A DNA stretch of 64,000 nt from Dehalococcoidia bacterium (GCA_034421515.1 DAOUKH010000003.1:29691-93690); one strand, 5' to 3'. Numbered from the stretch's first letter, positions 8,910 through 18,874 are shown. Numbers and translations: made by a program. The notes: generated by a model not told the origin, from the letters alone.

Positions 8910-10457
8910 TTGAACGCGCACTACGACTTCGTCATCGTCGGCTCCGGCATCGCCGGGCTCTACACCGCGCTCCTCGCCTCGGAGTCGGCCAGCGTCCTCG
9001 TCCTCACCAAGGGCAGCGTCCAGGACTGCAACACGCAGTACGCGCAGGGCGGCATCGCGGCGCCCATCGGCCCCGGCGACACGCCCCGGCGGCACGCCGA
9101 CGACACCGGCCGCGCCGGGGCCGGCCTCTGCGACCCAGCCAACGTCGAGATCCTGACCCGCGACGCCCCCGACCGCATCGCCGACCTGATCCGGCTCGGC
9201 GTGCCGTTCGACTCGATGGAGGGCGAGATCGTGCTGGCGCGGGAGGGGGCGCACTCGGTGCCCCGCGTCCTGCACGCCGGCGGCGACGCGACCGGCAGAC
9301 ACATCGAGACGACGCTGCTCGACGCGGCGCGGAGCCGGGGCATCCCCATCCGCGAGTTCGCGCTGGCGTGCGACGCCGTGATCGAAGACGGCGCGGTGCG
9401 CGGCGTAGACGTGCTCGACCTCGCGACCGGCGCGTGGGAGCGGATCGGCTGCGGCCACCTCGTGCTCGCCACCGGCGGCGCGGGCCGCCTCTACCGCATC
9501 ACCACGAACTCCAGCGTGGTGACCGGCGACGGCGTCGCCCTGGGATTCCGGGCCGGCGCCGAGGTGATGGACATGGAGTTCTTCCAGTTCCATCCCACCG
9601 CCCTACGGCTGCCCGATGCTCCACCGTTCCTGACCTCAGAGGCGGTGCGCGGCGAGGGCGGCGTCTTGCTGAACGCTCGCGAACAGCGGTTCATGGAGCG
9701 CTACGCCGGCGACGGCGAGCTGGCGGCGCGGGACATCGTCGCGCGCGCCATCGTGGCCGAGATGCGGGCGACCGGCGCCGACAACGTCCTGCTCGACGTG
9801 CGGCACCTCGACCCGGGTACGGTCACCTCCCGGTTCCCCTCGATCTACCAGTTCTGCCTTCAGTACGGCCTCGACATCACCAAGGAGCCCATTCCCGTGG
9901 CCCCGGCGGCCCATTACATGATGGGCGGCCTGCGGGTGACGCCGGACGGACGGACCAACGTCCCCGGCCTCCTCGCGGCGGGAGAGACCGCGTGCACCGG
10001 CGCGCACGGCGCAAACCGGCTCGCCAGCAACTCGCTCCTGGAAACGCTGGTCTTCGCCCGGCGCATGGTCGACGAGGCCCAAGGGACGGCGACAACGCCC
10101 GTCGAAGAGCCGCCCGTCCGCCGCGAAGAGCGGCGCGTCCTGCCCGCCCGCGAGGTCGACCCGCGCGCCTATCCCGCCGCAAGCCTGGAGACGCTACAGA
10201 ACTTGATGTGGGACAACGTCGGCATCGAACGCGACGCGGATGGGCTCGCCCTCGCGGCGAACACGCTGACCGCCTGGGAAACGTCGCTCCCCGAGCCGGC
10301 CGACCGCGCCGGCTACGACCTCCGCAACGCCGTCGTCACCGCCCGCCTCATCGCCGAATCGGCCCTGGCCCGCGAGGAGAGCCGCGGCGCCCACACCCGC
10401 ACCGACTTTCCCCACACCTCCCGCGCCTGGGAGCGCCGCCTCGTCTACACGGGCTAG
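8910..10457 (+). CDS. nadB: L-aspartate oxidase
   Basis: FAD GxGxAG motif (VGSGIAGL); succinate dehydrogenase/fumarate reductase flavoprotein-like core; lies downstream of nadA. Confidence 0.9.
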   Translation: MNAHYDFVIVGSGIAGLYTALLASESASVLVLTKGSVQDCNTQYAQGGIAAPIGPGDTPRRHADDTGRAGAGLCDPANVEILTRDAPDRIADLIRLGVPFDSMEGEIVLAREGAHSVPRVLHAGGDATGRHIETTLLDAARSRGIPIREFALACDAVIEDGAVRGVDVLDLATGAWERIGCGHLVLATGGAGRLYRITTNSSVVTGDGVALGFRAGAEVMDMEFFQFHPTALRLPDAPPFLTSEAVRGEGGVLLNAREQRFMERYAGDGELAARDIVARAIVAEMRATGADNVLLDVRHLDPGTVTSRFPSIYQFCLQYGLDITKEPIPVAPAAHYMMGGLRVTPDGRTNVPGLLAAGETACTGAHGANRLASNSLLETLVFARRMVDEAQGTATTPVEEPPVRREERRVLPAREVDPRAYPAASLETLQNLMWDNVGIERDADGLALAANTLTAWETSLPEPADRAGYDLRNAVVTARLIAESALAREESRGAHTRTDFPHTSRAWERRLVYTG

Positions 10458-10462
10458 CGGCG

Positions 10463-10696
10463 CTACTCCGCCGCGACGATTTGCGTGTTGTGGCGCACCA
10501 CGACCTGCGGGTCGCCGTCCTGGTCGTAGACTGGGTTTCCCGCATCGTCCAGGACGCGGAAGATCCTCGCCACCGTGGTCTTCACGCGGACCGAGCCGCC
10601 GTCGAGGAACTTGTACTCGTTCCAGTCCTCTCGGACGATCTCGAAGTCCTCTTCCCTGGCGTTGACCTCTCTATCGCCGACGCGGATCTTCTTCAT
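10463..10696 (-). CDS. hypothetical small protein (77 aa)
   Basis: ATG at 10696; real ORF at the 3' end of the long frame 10463..11194; no family recognised. Confidence 0.35.
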   Translation of the reverse strand: MKKIRVGDREVNAREEDFEIVREDWNEYKFLDGGSVRVKTTVARIFRVLDDAGNPVYDQDGDPQVVVRHNTQIVAAE

Positions 10697-10746
10697 GGGC
10701 TTCACTGGACTCTCCCTGTTATTGGTGTGGTCCGCGCGGGAACGGT

Positions 10747-11394
10747 CTATTTCAGGCGGGCGTAGTGTCCGAGGTGGCGGAGCTTGAGCGCCTCCGGCGG
10801 CGGCGACATCTTGGCGTTGGCCCTGGAGATGCGGTCGGCTTCGTCGGGGTCGTGCTCCGACTCGTAGACGGCGAGGAAGCGGCCATACTGCTCCACCGGC
10901 TCGCATATCTCGTAGCGGGTCGCGGTGTGGTAGGCGCCGCTCGCCAGGAACTCCGAGATGTGCGTGGTGTTGTACCACTGGTTGAAATCGTCGACCGTCG
11001 CCTCGTCGTTGTAGTCGACGTTGACCAGGAGCACGCTCTTGGTCGGCTTGCCGCCGTGCGGCGAGGCGTGGAGCAAGCGGAAGGTGCCCATCAACGCGAC
11101 ATCCGACGCCGGCCGCGGGGCGTTGGGATCGGCGCTCGCGGCTAGGGCAGTCCGCAGGTCGCCCCACGCGCCCTCGACGTCCTCGCGGGGGCACTCATAC
11201 AGGGCCATGTGCGTCGCGTCCGACGGAGCACGGCCGCCGGTGCGCTCGAACCGAACGCCGGCCGTGAAGATGCCGGGATCGAGCACCTCCGGCATGTGCA
11301 CGTCGATGTACCACGCGCCCCACGCCGCGGCGTCCTCGCCATCGGCCGCGGAGTTCATCACCACGAAGGCTCCCTTGTGCTCACGTCCGTCCAT
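10747..11394 (-). CDS. hypothetical protein
   Basis: 215-aa ORF with codon usage typical of the genome; family not recognised. Confidence 0.4.
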   Translation of the reverse strand: MDGREHKGAFVVMNSAADGEDAAAWGAWYIDVHMPEVLDPGIFTAGVRFERTGGRAPSDATHMALYECPREDVEGAWGDLRTALAASADPNAPRPASDVALMGTFRLLHASPHGGKPTKSVLLVNVDYNDEATVDDFNQWYNTTHISEFLASGAYHTATRYEICEPVEQYGRFLAVYESEHDPDEADRISRANAKMSPPPEALKLRHLGHYARLK

Positions 11395-11418
11395 GCCGTC
11401 TCCTTCTGTCTCTTCTGC

Positions 11419-12612
11419 CTAGCCGCGCGGCAGTCCAAGCCCGCGCGTCGCCACGATGTTGCGCTGCACCTCGGACGTTCCGCCGCGGAGGGTGAACGAG
11501 AGGTCGTTGACGTACTCCGCGGTGGGCCAGCCATCCAGGATGGCGTACTCCGACCCCCGGTGCACCTGCCCGGCAAGCCCCATGATGCGCATCCCCACCT
11601 GCGAGATGCGCTGCGCGATCTCCGTGCCGATGAGCTTGGAGGCCGACGCCTCCTGGTTCGGTATCTTTCCCTGCGACTGCATGAAGCCGACGCGATAGGC
11701 GAGCATCCTGCCCGCGTGGTTGGCGATGGCGACGTCGGCGAGCGCGTTCTTGAGCGCGGCGGGCAGCGCCGAGCCCCCGTTCGCGGCCATCTCGCCGGCG
11801 ATCTCGACCAGCTCGTCGATGGAGCGCTGCCCTGAGGCGAACTTGGCGATCCCCGAACGCTCGAAGTCGAGCGTCGTCGCCGCCACGTACCAGCCGCGGT
11901 TCTCCTCGCCGATCATCATGTGTTTGGGCACGCGCACGTCGTCGAAGAAGACCTGGTTGAAGTAGTGCACGCCGAGGGGGTTGAGGATCGGGCGCACCGT
12001 GATGCCGGGCAGGTCCATGGGGATGAGGAAGACTGAGATGCCGCGGTGCTTCGGCGCTTCAGGGTCGGTGCGGGTGAGGAGGATGCAGCGGTTTGACCGG
12101 TGGGCGCCGCTCGTCCAGATCTTCGAGCCGTTGACCACGTAGTCGTCGCCGTCGGCCACGGCGGCGCACTGCAGCGAGGCCAGGTCCGACCCCGACCCCG
12201 GCTCGCTGAACCCCTGACAGTAGATGTGCTCGCCCGCCCGGATCGGCGGCAGGATCTCCTGCCGCTGCGCCTCCGTGCCGTGGACCATCACCGTCGGCGC
12301 GACGAGGTTGACCCCGGTGGAGAGGTCGCGCTGCGGCGCGCGGTAGTACGACTGCTCCTCGTTGTAGACCATCTGGTCGAGGACGGAGAGGCCCCTGCCG
12401 CCGTACTCCGGGGGCCAGGCCATCGTCAGCCAGCCCCGCTCGACGAGGCGCGCGGTGAAGTCGCGGATCAGGCCCCAGTACTCGTCCTCGAAGTAGGAAT
12501 CGGGATAGACGCCGCGCCACCCGTCGGGCAGGGCCTCGCGGAGGAAGCTCCGCACCTCGAGGCGGAAGTCCTCCTGCTCCTGGGTAAAGCGAAACTCCAT
12601 GCACGGCTCCAA
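11419..12612 (-). CDS. acyl-CoA dehydrogenase family protein
   Basis: 397 aa; ACAD N-terminal, middle and C-terminal domains; C-terminal FTLRGGTSEVQRNIVA motif. Confidence 0.85.
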   Translation of the reverse strand: MEPCMEFRFTQEQEDFRLEVRSFLREALPDGWRGVYPDSYFEDEYWGLIRDFTARLVERGWLTMAWPPEYGGRGLSVLDQMVYNEEQSYYRAPQRDLSTGVNLVAPTVMVHGTEAQRQEILPPIRAGEHIYCQGFSEPGSGSDLASLQCAAVADGDDYVVNGSKIWTSGAHRSNRCILLTRTDPEAPKHRGISVFLIPMDLPGITVRPILNPLGVHYFNQVFFDDVRVPKHMMIGEENRGWYVAATTLDFERSGIAKFASGQRSIDELVEIAGEMAANGGSALPAALKNALADVAIANHAGRMLAYRVGFMQSQGKIPNQEASASKLIGTEIAQRISQVGMRIMGLAGQVHRGSEYAILDGWPTAEYVNDLSFTLRGGTSEVQRNIVATRGLGLPRG

Positions 12613-12895
12613 CGCTCGGGACGGCCCGATTCTAGGCGCGGCGGCGAAAGGCGTAAAGCGGCGGGGGGGACGGGCTGTCGCTGTTGCGGTACGGACGACG
12701 CCCTACTCTGGGGCATGTGTGCAAATTGCAAGTACTACTTTCAATTTGCACGCCGTATGCAGTCGAGGGACGACGGCGCGGCGACAGCGGAGGGCTGCCG
12801 CCGACCTTGACGTCGTGTGTTAGGGTCCTGGACCGTTCGGCGCCCTCCGCCGAACAACCAGGACAAGGGCAACGGATCAGAAAGGAGCACCACAC

Positions 12896-13135
12896 ATGGC
12901 AGCTGGAGAATACGTGATCGCCCCGGGAGTGAAGGTCATTCTTGACGAAACGACGTATGGATGCCACAGCTACTGGGGATTCGGGTATGAGGATGAAGGG
13001 TATGTCTCGTTCCGCGTCCAGAGCGATGATGACGGGTGTGCCGATTTTGTGGGCGATGTAACGGCGTGGCTGCGAGAGAGGCAGGAGGCGTTCCTAGCCG
13101 AGTGGCGGACGTCTTTCCTCGAATCCATGGACTAG
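12896..13135 (+). CDS. hypothetical protein (79 aa), inside the low-GC island
   Basis: ORF with an RBS-like AGGAGCA upstream; no family. Confidence 0.3.
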   Translation: MAAGEYVIAPGVKVILDETTYGCHSYWGFGYEDEGYVSFRVQSDDDGCADFVGDVTAWLRERQEAFLAEWRTSFLESMD

Positions 13136-13169
13136 GGCCAAAGGCGCCGGAGCCGTAAAGGAGCATCGC

Positions 13170-13328
13170 ATGGGCGGAGTCCTGAGGATTCCCTTCTACT
13201 ACTGCAACGATTGCGTCGATGAGCGGCAGGTTGATGTCGAGCTATCGGAGAAGGACGAAGTGTGTCCCCGATGCGGCGAAGAGCTCGACTGGAATGACAT
13301 CTACGGCCCTCCTGCGCTAAACCCTTAG
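13170..13328 (+). CDS. small zinc-ribbon protein (52 aa, CxxC...CxxC)
   Basis: Not in the ORF track because it is under 60 aa. MGGVLRIPFYYCNDCVDERQVDVELSEKDEVCPRCGEELDWNDIYGPPALNP*; sits immediately upstream of the AIPR gene. Confidence 0.35.
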   Translation: MGGVLRIPFYYCNDCVDERQVDVELSEKDEVCPRCGEELDWNDIYGPPALNP

Positions 13329-13413
13329 CTGCAGGCCACGCGTTGACACGGCGCTGTGGACCTCCTCTAGAAGCTGCGCTAGACTGCCCCGATACCGAAT
13401 CGAGGGCAGACAT

Positions 13414-15252
13414 ATGGCGCCACGCAAGGCCGACTCGAAAGCATACAGACAAAGGATCCGGCCATTCCTCAAGGAGTGGGAGGAACGCGGCTTCTCTAAA
13501 GAATGGCAGCAGTTCCGAAATTGGTCGGTAGAGCAGGTCTTGTGGGACCAGGAACTGTCTCCGGCAGAAATCGAAGACGCTACTCAAATTGACGGGTCGG
13601 ACGACAAGGGCATCGACGCCTGGTACTTCGATGAGGATGCTGATCCACCGCGCCTTATTCTGATCCAAGCCAAAGATCAGGAGATTGGAACACGTGACTT
13701 CCCTACGCTTCTATCCGGCTTCCGGGACGTGGTCAGTGGACTAGCGAGTGGAAACGCTGCTCTACAAGAAAAGGCTGCCGCATTTCGTTTACAACCGCCC
13801 AAGTTCTTCAACCTCGAATTATATCTTACAACCTCGACCATCGCGCAGGAGGGCTACCGGCCAAAGGAAGACGGAAGTCCTGTACGTACCGAATCGGAAT
13901 TTCTCAAGGTCCTTGACAACAGCTTCGCCAAAGTCTCCTATTATGTCAGAGACATTAAGTATCTTTACGATAAGTTGCAAGTATACAACAACGCACGGAT
14001 TGGATATACCTTCCATGTCGACAAAGACGCCTTCTTCGCGTTTGAAGCAGCCAATCACAAAACTGTTTGCGCTGCTATTGCTGGCGAAGAATTAGCGGAG
14101 TTGTTTTTAAATCATCGGGAGAATCTCTTCCGGGAAAACCCTCGCTACCATCTCCGTTCCGTCACGAACGAAAGGATCAAGGGAGCCCTTCGCGAATCCC
14201 AGCCTGACTTCTTTTTATACAATAATGGGCTCACTTGCGTCGCACGAACAATCAATTTGCCAGATGGCAGTGAAGGAGACAAGGTGCGGATTGAGGTTGA
14301 GGATTTTCAAATAGTCAATGGTTGCCAAACTGTAGCATCAATATGGTCAGTATTCAAGGACAAGACGGCAAACATCAGTAAGGTCAGAGTCTTGGCAAAA
14401 ATTGTCGAAAATTCTACAGCTGGTTCGGATGCAGATGGAATGTCTATGTTGATTGCCGAACGGTCAAACACTCAAAATGCATTGAAGGCCTTCGATTGGA
14501 AGGCAAATGACAAGCGACAGCAGCGTTGGCACGCACTGCTCCAGAGAATGGACCCTCCCTGGTTTTATGAAATCAAGCGGGGTACTTGGGCAGCCCTTCC
14601 AGCATCAGACAAGGCACATTATCGCTCGGGCAAGACTACTCAAAAGGTTAGCATGAAGGAGTTGGGGCAAGCAGGCTATGCGTTCTTGGGTTATCCAGGT
14701 TCCGCGGCGGACAAGCCTCGCAACATCTTCAAAAGTGATCGTGGCGATCCGGAGGACAATCGCGATAACTTATACGACACGATATTCCATGAAGGACTTT
14801 CTGGATCGCAATTGTTGTTGCCTCATCTGGTCTTCTTGGAAGCCGACGAAATAGCGAAAAGGAAACCGACTCTCAAGCTTTCAGATGCCAAAGATGACGT
14901 ATTCCCAAGCAAGTCACTTCGTTTCCCGGCCGTGGCCATAGTTGGGCATATGCTATCCGCGCTCGCGGAGCAGAAGCAGGGCTATCTTTCTCCCGCGCAC
15001 TCCGACGAGTTGCTTCGCAATAGGACTTGGCTTCCAGAGTTCGCAAAGACAGCGTTTGACGTGCTGGAGCCTAAACTGGCTGAGGTGTCCCGAGCACCAG
15101 GTTCGGGTGGCCCTAGGCGCATCGTCAGGGGCGACAATTGGATGGGCGATGCTCCCGCGAATGCACTCAATCAGATTCGTGCTCAGCTCAGGACTGAACA
15201 GCGTCTCGGTGCTAGTGGCGAGGGAACCCTTTCCGGGTCACTGCCCTTCTAG
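13414..15252 (+). CDS. AIPR-family abortive-infection (phage resistance) protein
   Basis: 612 aa, about 50% GC against a 70% GC background; QIVNGCQT motif and overall layout of Abi-like AIPR proteins. Confidence 0.6.
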   Translation: MAPRKADSKAYRQRIRPFLKEWEERGFSKEWQQFRNWSVEQVLWDQELSPAEIEDATQIDGSDDKGIDAWYFDEDADPPRLILIQAKDQEIGTRDFPTLLSGFRDVVSGLASGNAALQEKAAAFRLQPPKFFNLELYLTTSTIAQEGYRPKEDGSPVRTESEFLKVLDNSFAKVSYYVRDIKYLYDKLQVYNNARIGYTFHVDKDAFFAFEAANHKTVCAAIAGEELAELFLNHRENLFRENPRYHLRSVTNERIKGALRESQPDFFLYNNGLTCVARTINLPDGSEGDKVRIEVEDFQIVNGCQTVASIWSVFKDKTANISKVRVLAKIVENSTAGSDADGMSMLIAERSNTQNALKAFDWKANDKRQQRWHALLQRMDPPWFYEIKRGTWAALPASDKAHYRSGKTTQKVSMKELGQAGYAFLGYPGSAADKPRNIFKSDRGDPEDNRDNLYDTIFHEGLSGSQLLLPHLVFLEADEIAKRKPTLKLSDAKDDVFPSKSLRFPAVAIVGHMLSALAEQKQGYLSPAHSDELLRNRTWLPEFAKTAFDVLEPKLAEVSRAPGSGGPRRIVRGDNWMGDAPANALNQIRAQLRTEQRLGASGEGTLSGSLPF

Positions 15253-15307
15253 CCCCTAGCCCTCCTGCGAGACTGCTACACCCTACCGCCATCCCCGTCC
15301 AGGGTGC

Positions 15308-15601
15308 CTACCCCGATACCCCATCGCAGATGATGGTGCTGCAGATGGTGCTCCTTGAGCGGATCTTCGCAAGATCCCGGTACTCCGGCGAGTTGACGAA
15401 GGCCCGGGCCTTGCCGAGGTCTCCGAACTCTATGACGACGACTCGGTCATGCGTCCGGTCGCTGTCCACGACCTCGATGATGCCCCTGCGCACCAGATAC
15501 CTGCCGTCGTGGGCCTCCACGAGCGCCCCGATTCGATTGGAGAATTGAGCGAGCAGCTCCGCGTCGGTGACTTCCATATCGGCGATCAAATACGCTGCCA
15601 T
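15308..15601 (-). CDS. DUF1330 domain protein
   Basis: 97 aa; MAAYLIADMEVTD...GRYLVRRG...VVVIEF...A..NSPEY pattern. Confidence 0.65.
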   Translation of the reverse strand: MAAYLIADMEVTDAELLAQFSNRIGALVEAHDGRYLVRRGIIEVVDSDRTHDRVVVIEFGDLGKARAFVNSPEYRDLAKIRSRSTICSTIICDGVSG

Positions 15602-15709
15602 CTCGACACCTCTCTTCTCGCTTCTATCGTAACGACGTCAATTCCGTGACACTTTTCCCGTGCCGTGCTGAACGCGCGGCGCGGCAGGCGGAACGAGATG
15701 CACGCCCCC

Positions 15710-16114
15710 CTACGGCCTGCGCCACCACGCCACGCCCGTGAGGGCGGCGGAGAAGGCGAACATCGCGAGGCCGAGCGGCACGTGGAGGGCGGAGAACCAG
15801 CGGTAGTCGACGGTGCCTTCGCCGAGGGCTTGCTGGATGGTCCAGAGGAAGGCGAGCGCGGCGGTGGCGGGGACGATCCGGGTGGCGGGGTCGAAGCCGG
15901 CGCGGAGGGCGGCGGGGAGGATGACGGCGAGGACGACGGCGAAGGAGATGCGTCCCAGCCAGAGGTGGATGTCGAGCATGGTGGCGCCGCCGCCTGAGTA
16001 GAAGCCGCCGAAGAGGAAGCCCTGGAGCAGGACGACGAGCGGCGTCAGGGTGATCAGCAGGCGGTAGAGCTTGGCGGCGGTGGGCCGACGGGCGGGGTGC
16101 GTAACGCCAATCAC
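15710..16114 (-). CDS. hypothetical integral membrane protein
   Basis: 134 aa with 3-4 TM helices. Confidence 0.4.
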   Translation of the reverse strand: MIGVTHPARRPTAAKLYRLLITLTPLVVLLQGFLFGGFYSGGGATMLDIHLWLGRISFAVVLAVILPAALRAGFDPATRIVPATAALAFLWTIQQALGEGTVDYRWFSALHVPLGLAMFAFSAALTGVAWWRRP

Positions 16115-16731
16115 GTGGGCCTCCGGCGAGTCGGTTCGGCCTCCGCGGCCTGCACCGCGTCGTCGAGAAGACGGGCGGCGCGGTCTTCGAGGGCGAGTGC
16201 TTGGGCGGCGGCACGGCCCTGGGGACTCATCTTTCGCCAGGTGCTGACAAGCACCTCGACCATGCGCGCGTCGTCGTCGAGCTGGCCGGCGAAGTCGGCG
16301 AGCTGGGTCTCCATGAAGACGAGGCAGAGGGCGTCCTCCATGGCCTGGGCGTCGGGGTCGCGGCCGAGGCCGCGCTTGCGCACGAGGTCCTGGGCTCGCT
16401 TGACCTCGGCGGCGCCGTAGCCGGCATCGGCCATGATCTCGCCGAGCGCGTCGGCGTGGAAGCGCTGGAGGGCGGTGCGCCAGCGGAGGTAGCCCTCGCG
16501 GCCGGCGGGGTAGGCATCGCGGGGATGCTCCCAGCGCCGGATGTGGTGGGCGCGGGCGGCGAGCAGGAGCAACTCGCCCGCGTCGGGGCGCAGCGCGCTC
16601 ACCCAGCGGGTCATCATCTCGGCGTGGGCGGCTTCCTTGGGACGGGGAACGCCTTCAACGGTCAGCCTGTTGGGATCGGCGGCGTTGGCGTCGTCGATGC
16701 GGCGGATGGCTTCCTCGAAGCGGGCGGTCAT
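16111..16731 (-). CDS. DUF4202 domain protein
   Basis: Start set at internal ATG (MTARFEEAIRRIDDANAADPN...LAARAHHIRRW...YLRWRTALQRFHA); the upstream part of ORF 16111..17007 overlaps hemH and is Arg/Pro-rich shadow. Confidence 0.5.
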   Translation of the reverse strand: MTARFEEAIRRIDDANAADPNRLTVEGVPRPKEAAHAEMMTRWVSALRPDAGELLLLAARAHHIRRWEHPRDAYPAGREGYLRWRTALQRFHADALGEIMADAGYGAAEVKRAQDLVRKRGLGRDPDAQAMEDALCLVFMETQLADFAGQLDDDARMVEVLVSTWRKMSPQGRAAAQALALEDRAARLLDDAVQAAEAEPTRRRPT

Positions 16732-17696
16732 GGCGCGGATGGGAGGGAGAGTTGCTCCCAGCCGGCGGACTGGACTTCGCGGGCGACGACCGCGGCGAGG
16801 GCGTCGATGAAGGGGGGCCAGGCGTTGAAGGTCTCGATGCGGGAGAGGACCAGCCCGGCCTCGTTCGCTTGCTCCGCCGCCGCCACGTCGATGTCGTAGA
16901 GGACTTCGAGGTGGTCGGAGAGGAACTGGACAGGGACGATGAGGACGCGGCCATGGCCGGCGTCGCGGAGGCCGGGGAAGAGGTCCTTGATGTCGGGCTT
17001 GAGCCACTCGACAGGCTGGTGTCCCGCGCTCTGGTAGGCCAAGCGCCAGCGGTCGCCGGCGAGCCCGCAGCGCTCGGCGGCGAGGCGGGCCGTCTCTTCG
17101 AGCATGCTGATGTAGCCGGGCTCGCGGTCGACGACCGCCTTCGGCATGCTGTGAGCGGTCATCAGGACGGGAACGCAGTCTCGTTCTTCGGGAGGCAGGC
17201 GTTCCACCGCCTGCTCAATGCGGCGCGCCAGAGCGTCGATAAAGGCGGGCAGCGTGTGCCACGAGCCGGCGACACGAACCTCGCAGCCGGCGGGCAGCGA
17301 CGCCTTGGCGGCGTCGACGGCGGTGAGATAGCCGCCCATGATGATCGGCGAGTACTGGGGCGAGAGGATGAGGCAGACCATGTGCCGCGCCCCCTCAGCG
17401 GCGAGCGATTCGAGCGCGTCGGCTATGAAGGGCGGCGCGTTGCGCATGCCGATGGCGACGCGGTAGGCCCCCTCCTCGCGCCCGTTGAGGCGTGCTTCGA
17501 GCGCCTCGGCCTGCTCGCCGGTGATGCGGGTGAGCGGCGACCCGCCGATGACGCGGTAGCGCCGCTGCATCTCCTCGACGACCTCGGCGGGCGCGGGGGC
17601 GCCGCGGATGCGTTCGAGGTAGGCGGGCACGTCGGCGATGGCGGCCGCCGAGCCGAAGCTCATGAGCACGACGCCGACCGGCGCGCCGCTCGTCAC
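16728..17696 (-). CDS. hemH: ferrochelatase
   Basis: GVVLMSFGSAA N-terminus, conserved His/Glu regions (LMTAHSMP); GTG start overlaps the hemE stop as GTGA; stop overlaps the downstream start as ATGA. Confidence 0.8.
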   Translation of the reverse strand: MTSGAPVGVVLMSFGSAAAIADVPAYLERIRGAPAPAEVVEEMQRRYRVIGGSPLTRITGEQAEALEARLNGREEGAYRVAIGMRNAPPFIADALESLAAEGARHMVCLILSPQYSPIIMGGYLTAVDAAKASLPAGCEVRVAGSWHTLPAFIDALARRIEQAVERLPPEERDCVPVLMTAHSMPKAVVDREPGYISMLEETARLAAERCGLAGDRWRLAYQSAGHQPVEWLKPDIKDLFPGLRDAGHGRVLIVPVQFLSDHLEVLYDIDVAAAEQANEAGLVLSRIETFNAWPPFIDALAAVVAREVQSAGWEQLSLPSAP

Positions 17697-18742
17697 CGGC
17701 GGCTCTCCTCGTGCACCAAGTCGACGATGCGCTTGAGGTCTTCGGGGTTGGTGTCGGGTAGGACGCCGTGGCCAAGGTTGAAGACGTGGCCGGGGCGGTT
17801 TTCGGCGCGGCGCAGGATGTCGCGGACGCCGTCGCGAATGGTCTCCCACGGCGCGAGGAGGAGGACGGGGTCGAGGTTGCCCTGGATGCCCTTGTCGTGG
17901 CCGATCCGGGCCCAGGCGGCGTCGAGGTCGACGCGCCAGTCGAGGCTCATGATGTCGCTGCCGGCGTCGCGCATCAAGTCGAGCAGCGACGCGTTCCCGG
18001 TGCCGAAGTGGATCGTTGGGATGCCGGTCTCGCGGACGGCGTCGAAGATGCGGGTCACGTAGGGCAGCACCGACGTCCGGTACTGGCCGGGACCGAGGAC
18101 GCCGACCCAGCTATCGAAAATCTGGATGATCTCAGCGCCGGCGGCGACCTGCTCGCGGAGGTAGCGGATGACGACCTCGGTGGTCTTGTCCATGAGCCTT
18201 GCCCAGAGATCGGGGCGGGCGAGCATGAGGCCCTTGGCCTTGTCGTAGTTGCGGGAGGGGCGGCCCTCGATCATGTAGCAGGCTAGGGTGAAGGGCGAGC
18301 CGGAGAAGCCGACGAGGGCGGCTCGGCCGTCGAGCTGCCGCCCGATGAGGCGGATGGCGTCGAAGAGGTAGGGGGTGGCCTCGGCTGCGTCGATGACGCG
18401 GATGGCGTCGATCTGGGCCTCGGTGCGTATGGGGTCGTGGATGATGGGGCCGGTGTCGGGCTCGATGTGGAAGGGGACGCCCATGCCCTCGAGCGGGAGC
18501 ATGATGTCGGCGAACATGACCGCCGCGTCGACGCCAAGCCGGTCGACGGGCAACAGCGTGACCTCGGCGCAGAGCTCGGGGGTCTTGGCGATGGTCAGGA
18601 TCTCGTACTTCTTGCGGAGGTCGCGGTACTCCTGGAAGCAGCGCCCCGCCTGGCGCATGAACCACACCGGGGTGGCGTCGACCTCGCGGAGGCGGCAGGC
18701 GTCGAGCATGCGCCGCGCCCCGGCCTTGGAATCCGATGTCAT
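17693..18742 (-). CDS. hemE: uroporphyrinogen decarboxylase
   Basis: PVWFMRQAGR signature; about 350 aa; start at MTSDSKAGARRML. Confidence 0.85.
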   Translation of the reverse strand: MTSDSKAGARRMLDACRLREVDATPVWFMRQAGRCFQEYRDLRKKYEILTIAKTPELCAEVTLLPVDRLGVDAAVMFADIMLPLEGMGVPFHIEPDTGPIIHDPIRTEAQIDAIRVIDAAEATPYLFDAIRLIGRQLDGRAALVGFSGSPFTLACYMIEGRPSRNYDKAKGLMLARPDLWARLMDKTTEVVIRYLREQVAAGAEIIQIFDSWVGVLGPGQYRTSVLPYVTRIFDAVRETGIPTIHFGTGNASLLDLMRDAGSDIMSLDWRVDLDAAWARIGHDKGIQGNLDPVLLLAPWETIRDGVRDILRRAENRPGHVFNLGHGVLPDTNPEDLKRIVDLVHEESRR

Positions 18743-18874
18743 CGTCGCGCCCCCATGTTCAAGACCGGCCGCAGGCCGCCGCCCATTGTAGTGCACTGGC
18801 GGGCGCGCGGCGCGGTGGGGGAATCGACCACCGTTTGCACGATAACGATACCGCTGGTAGTATCACCTCGCAGC

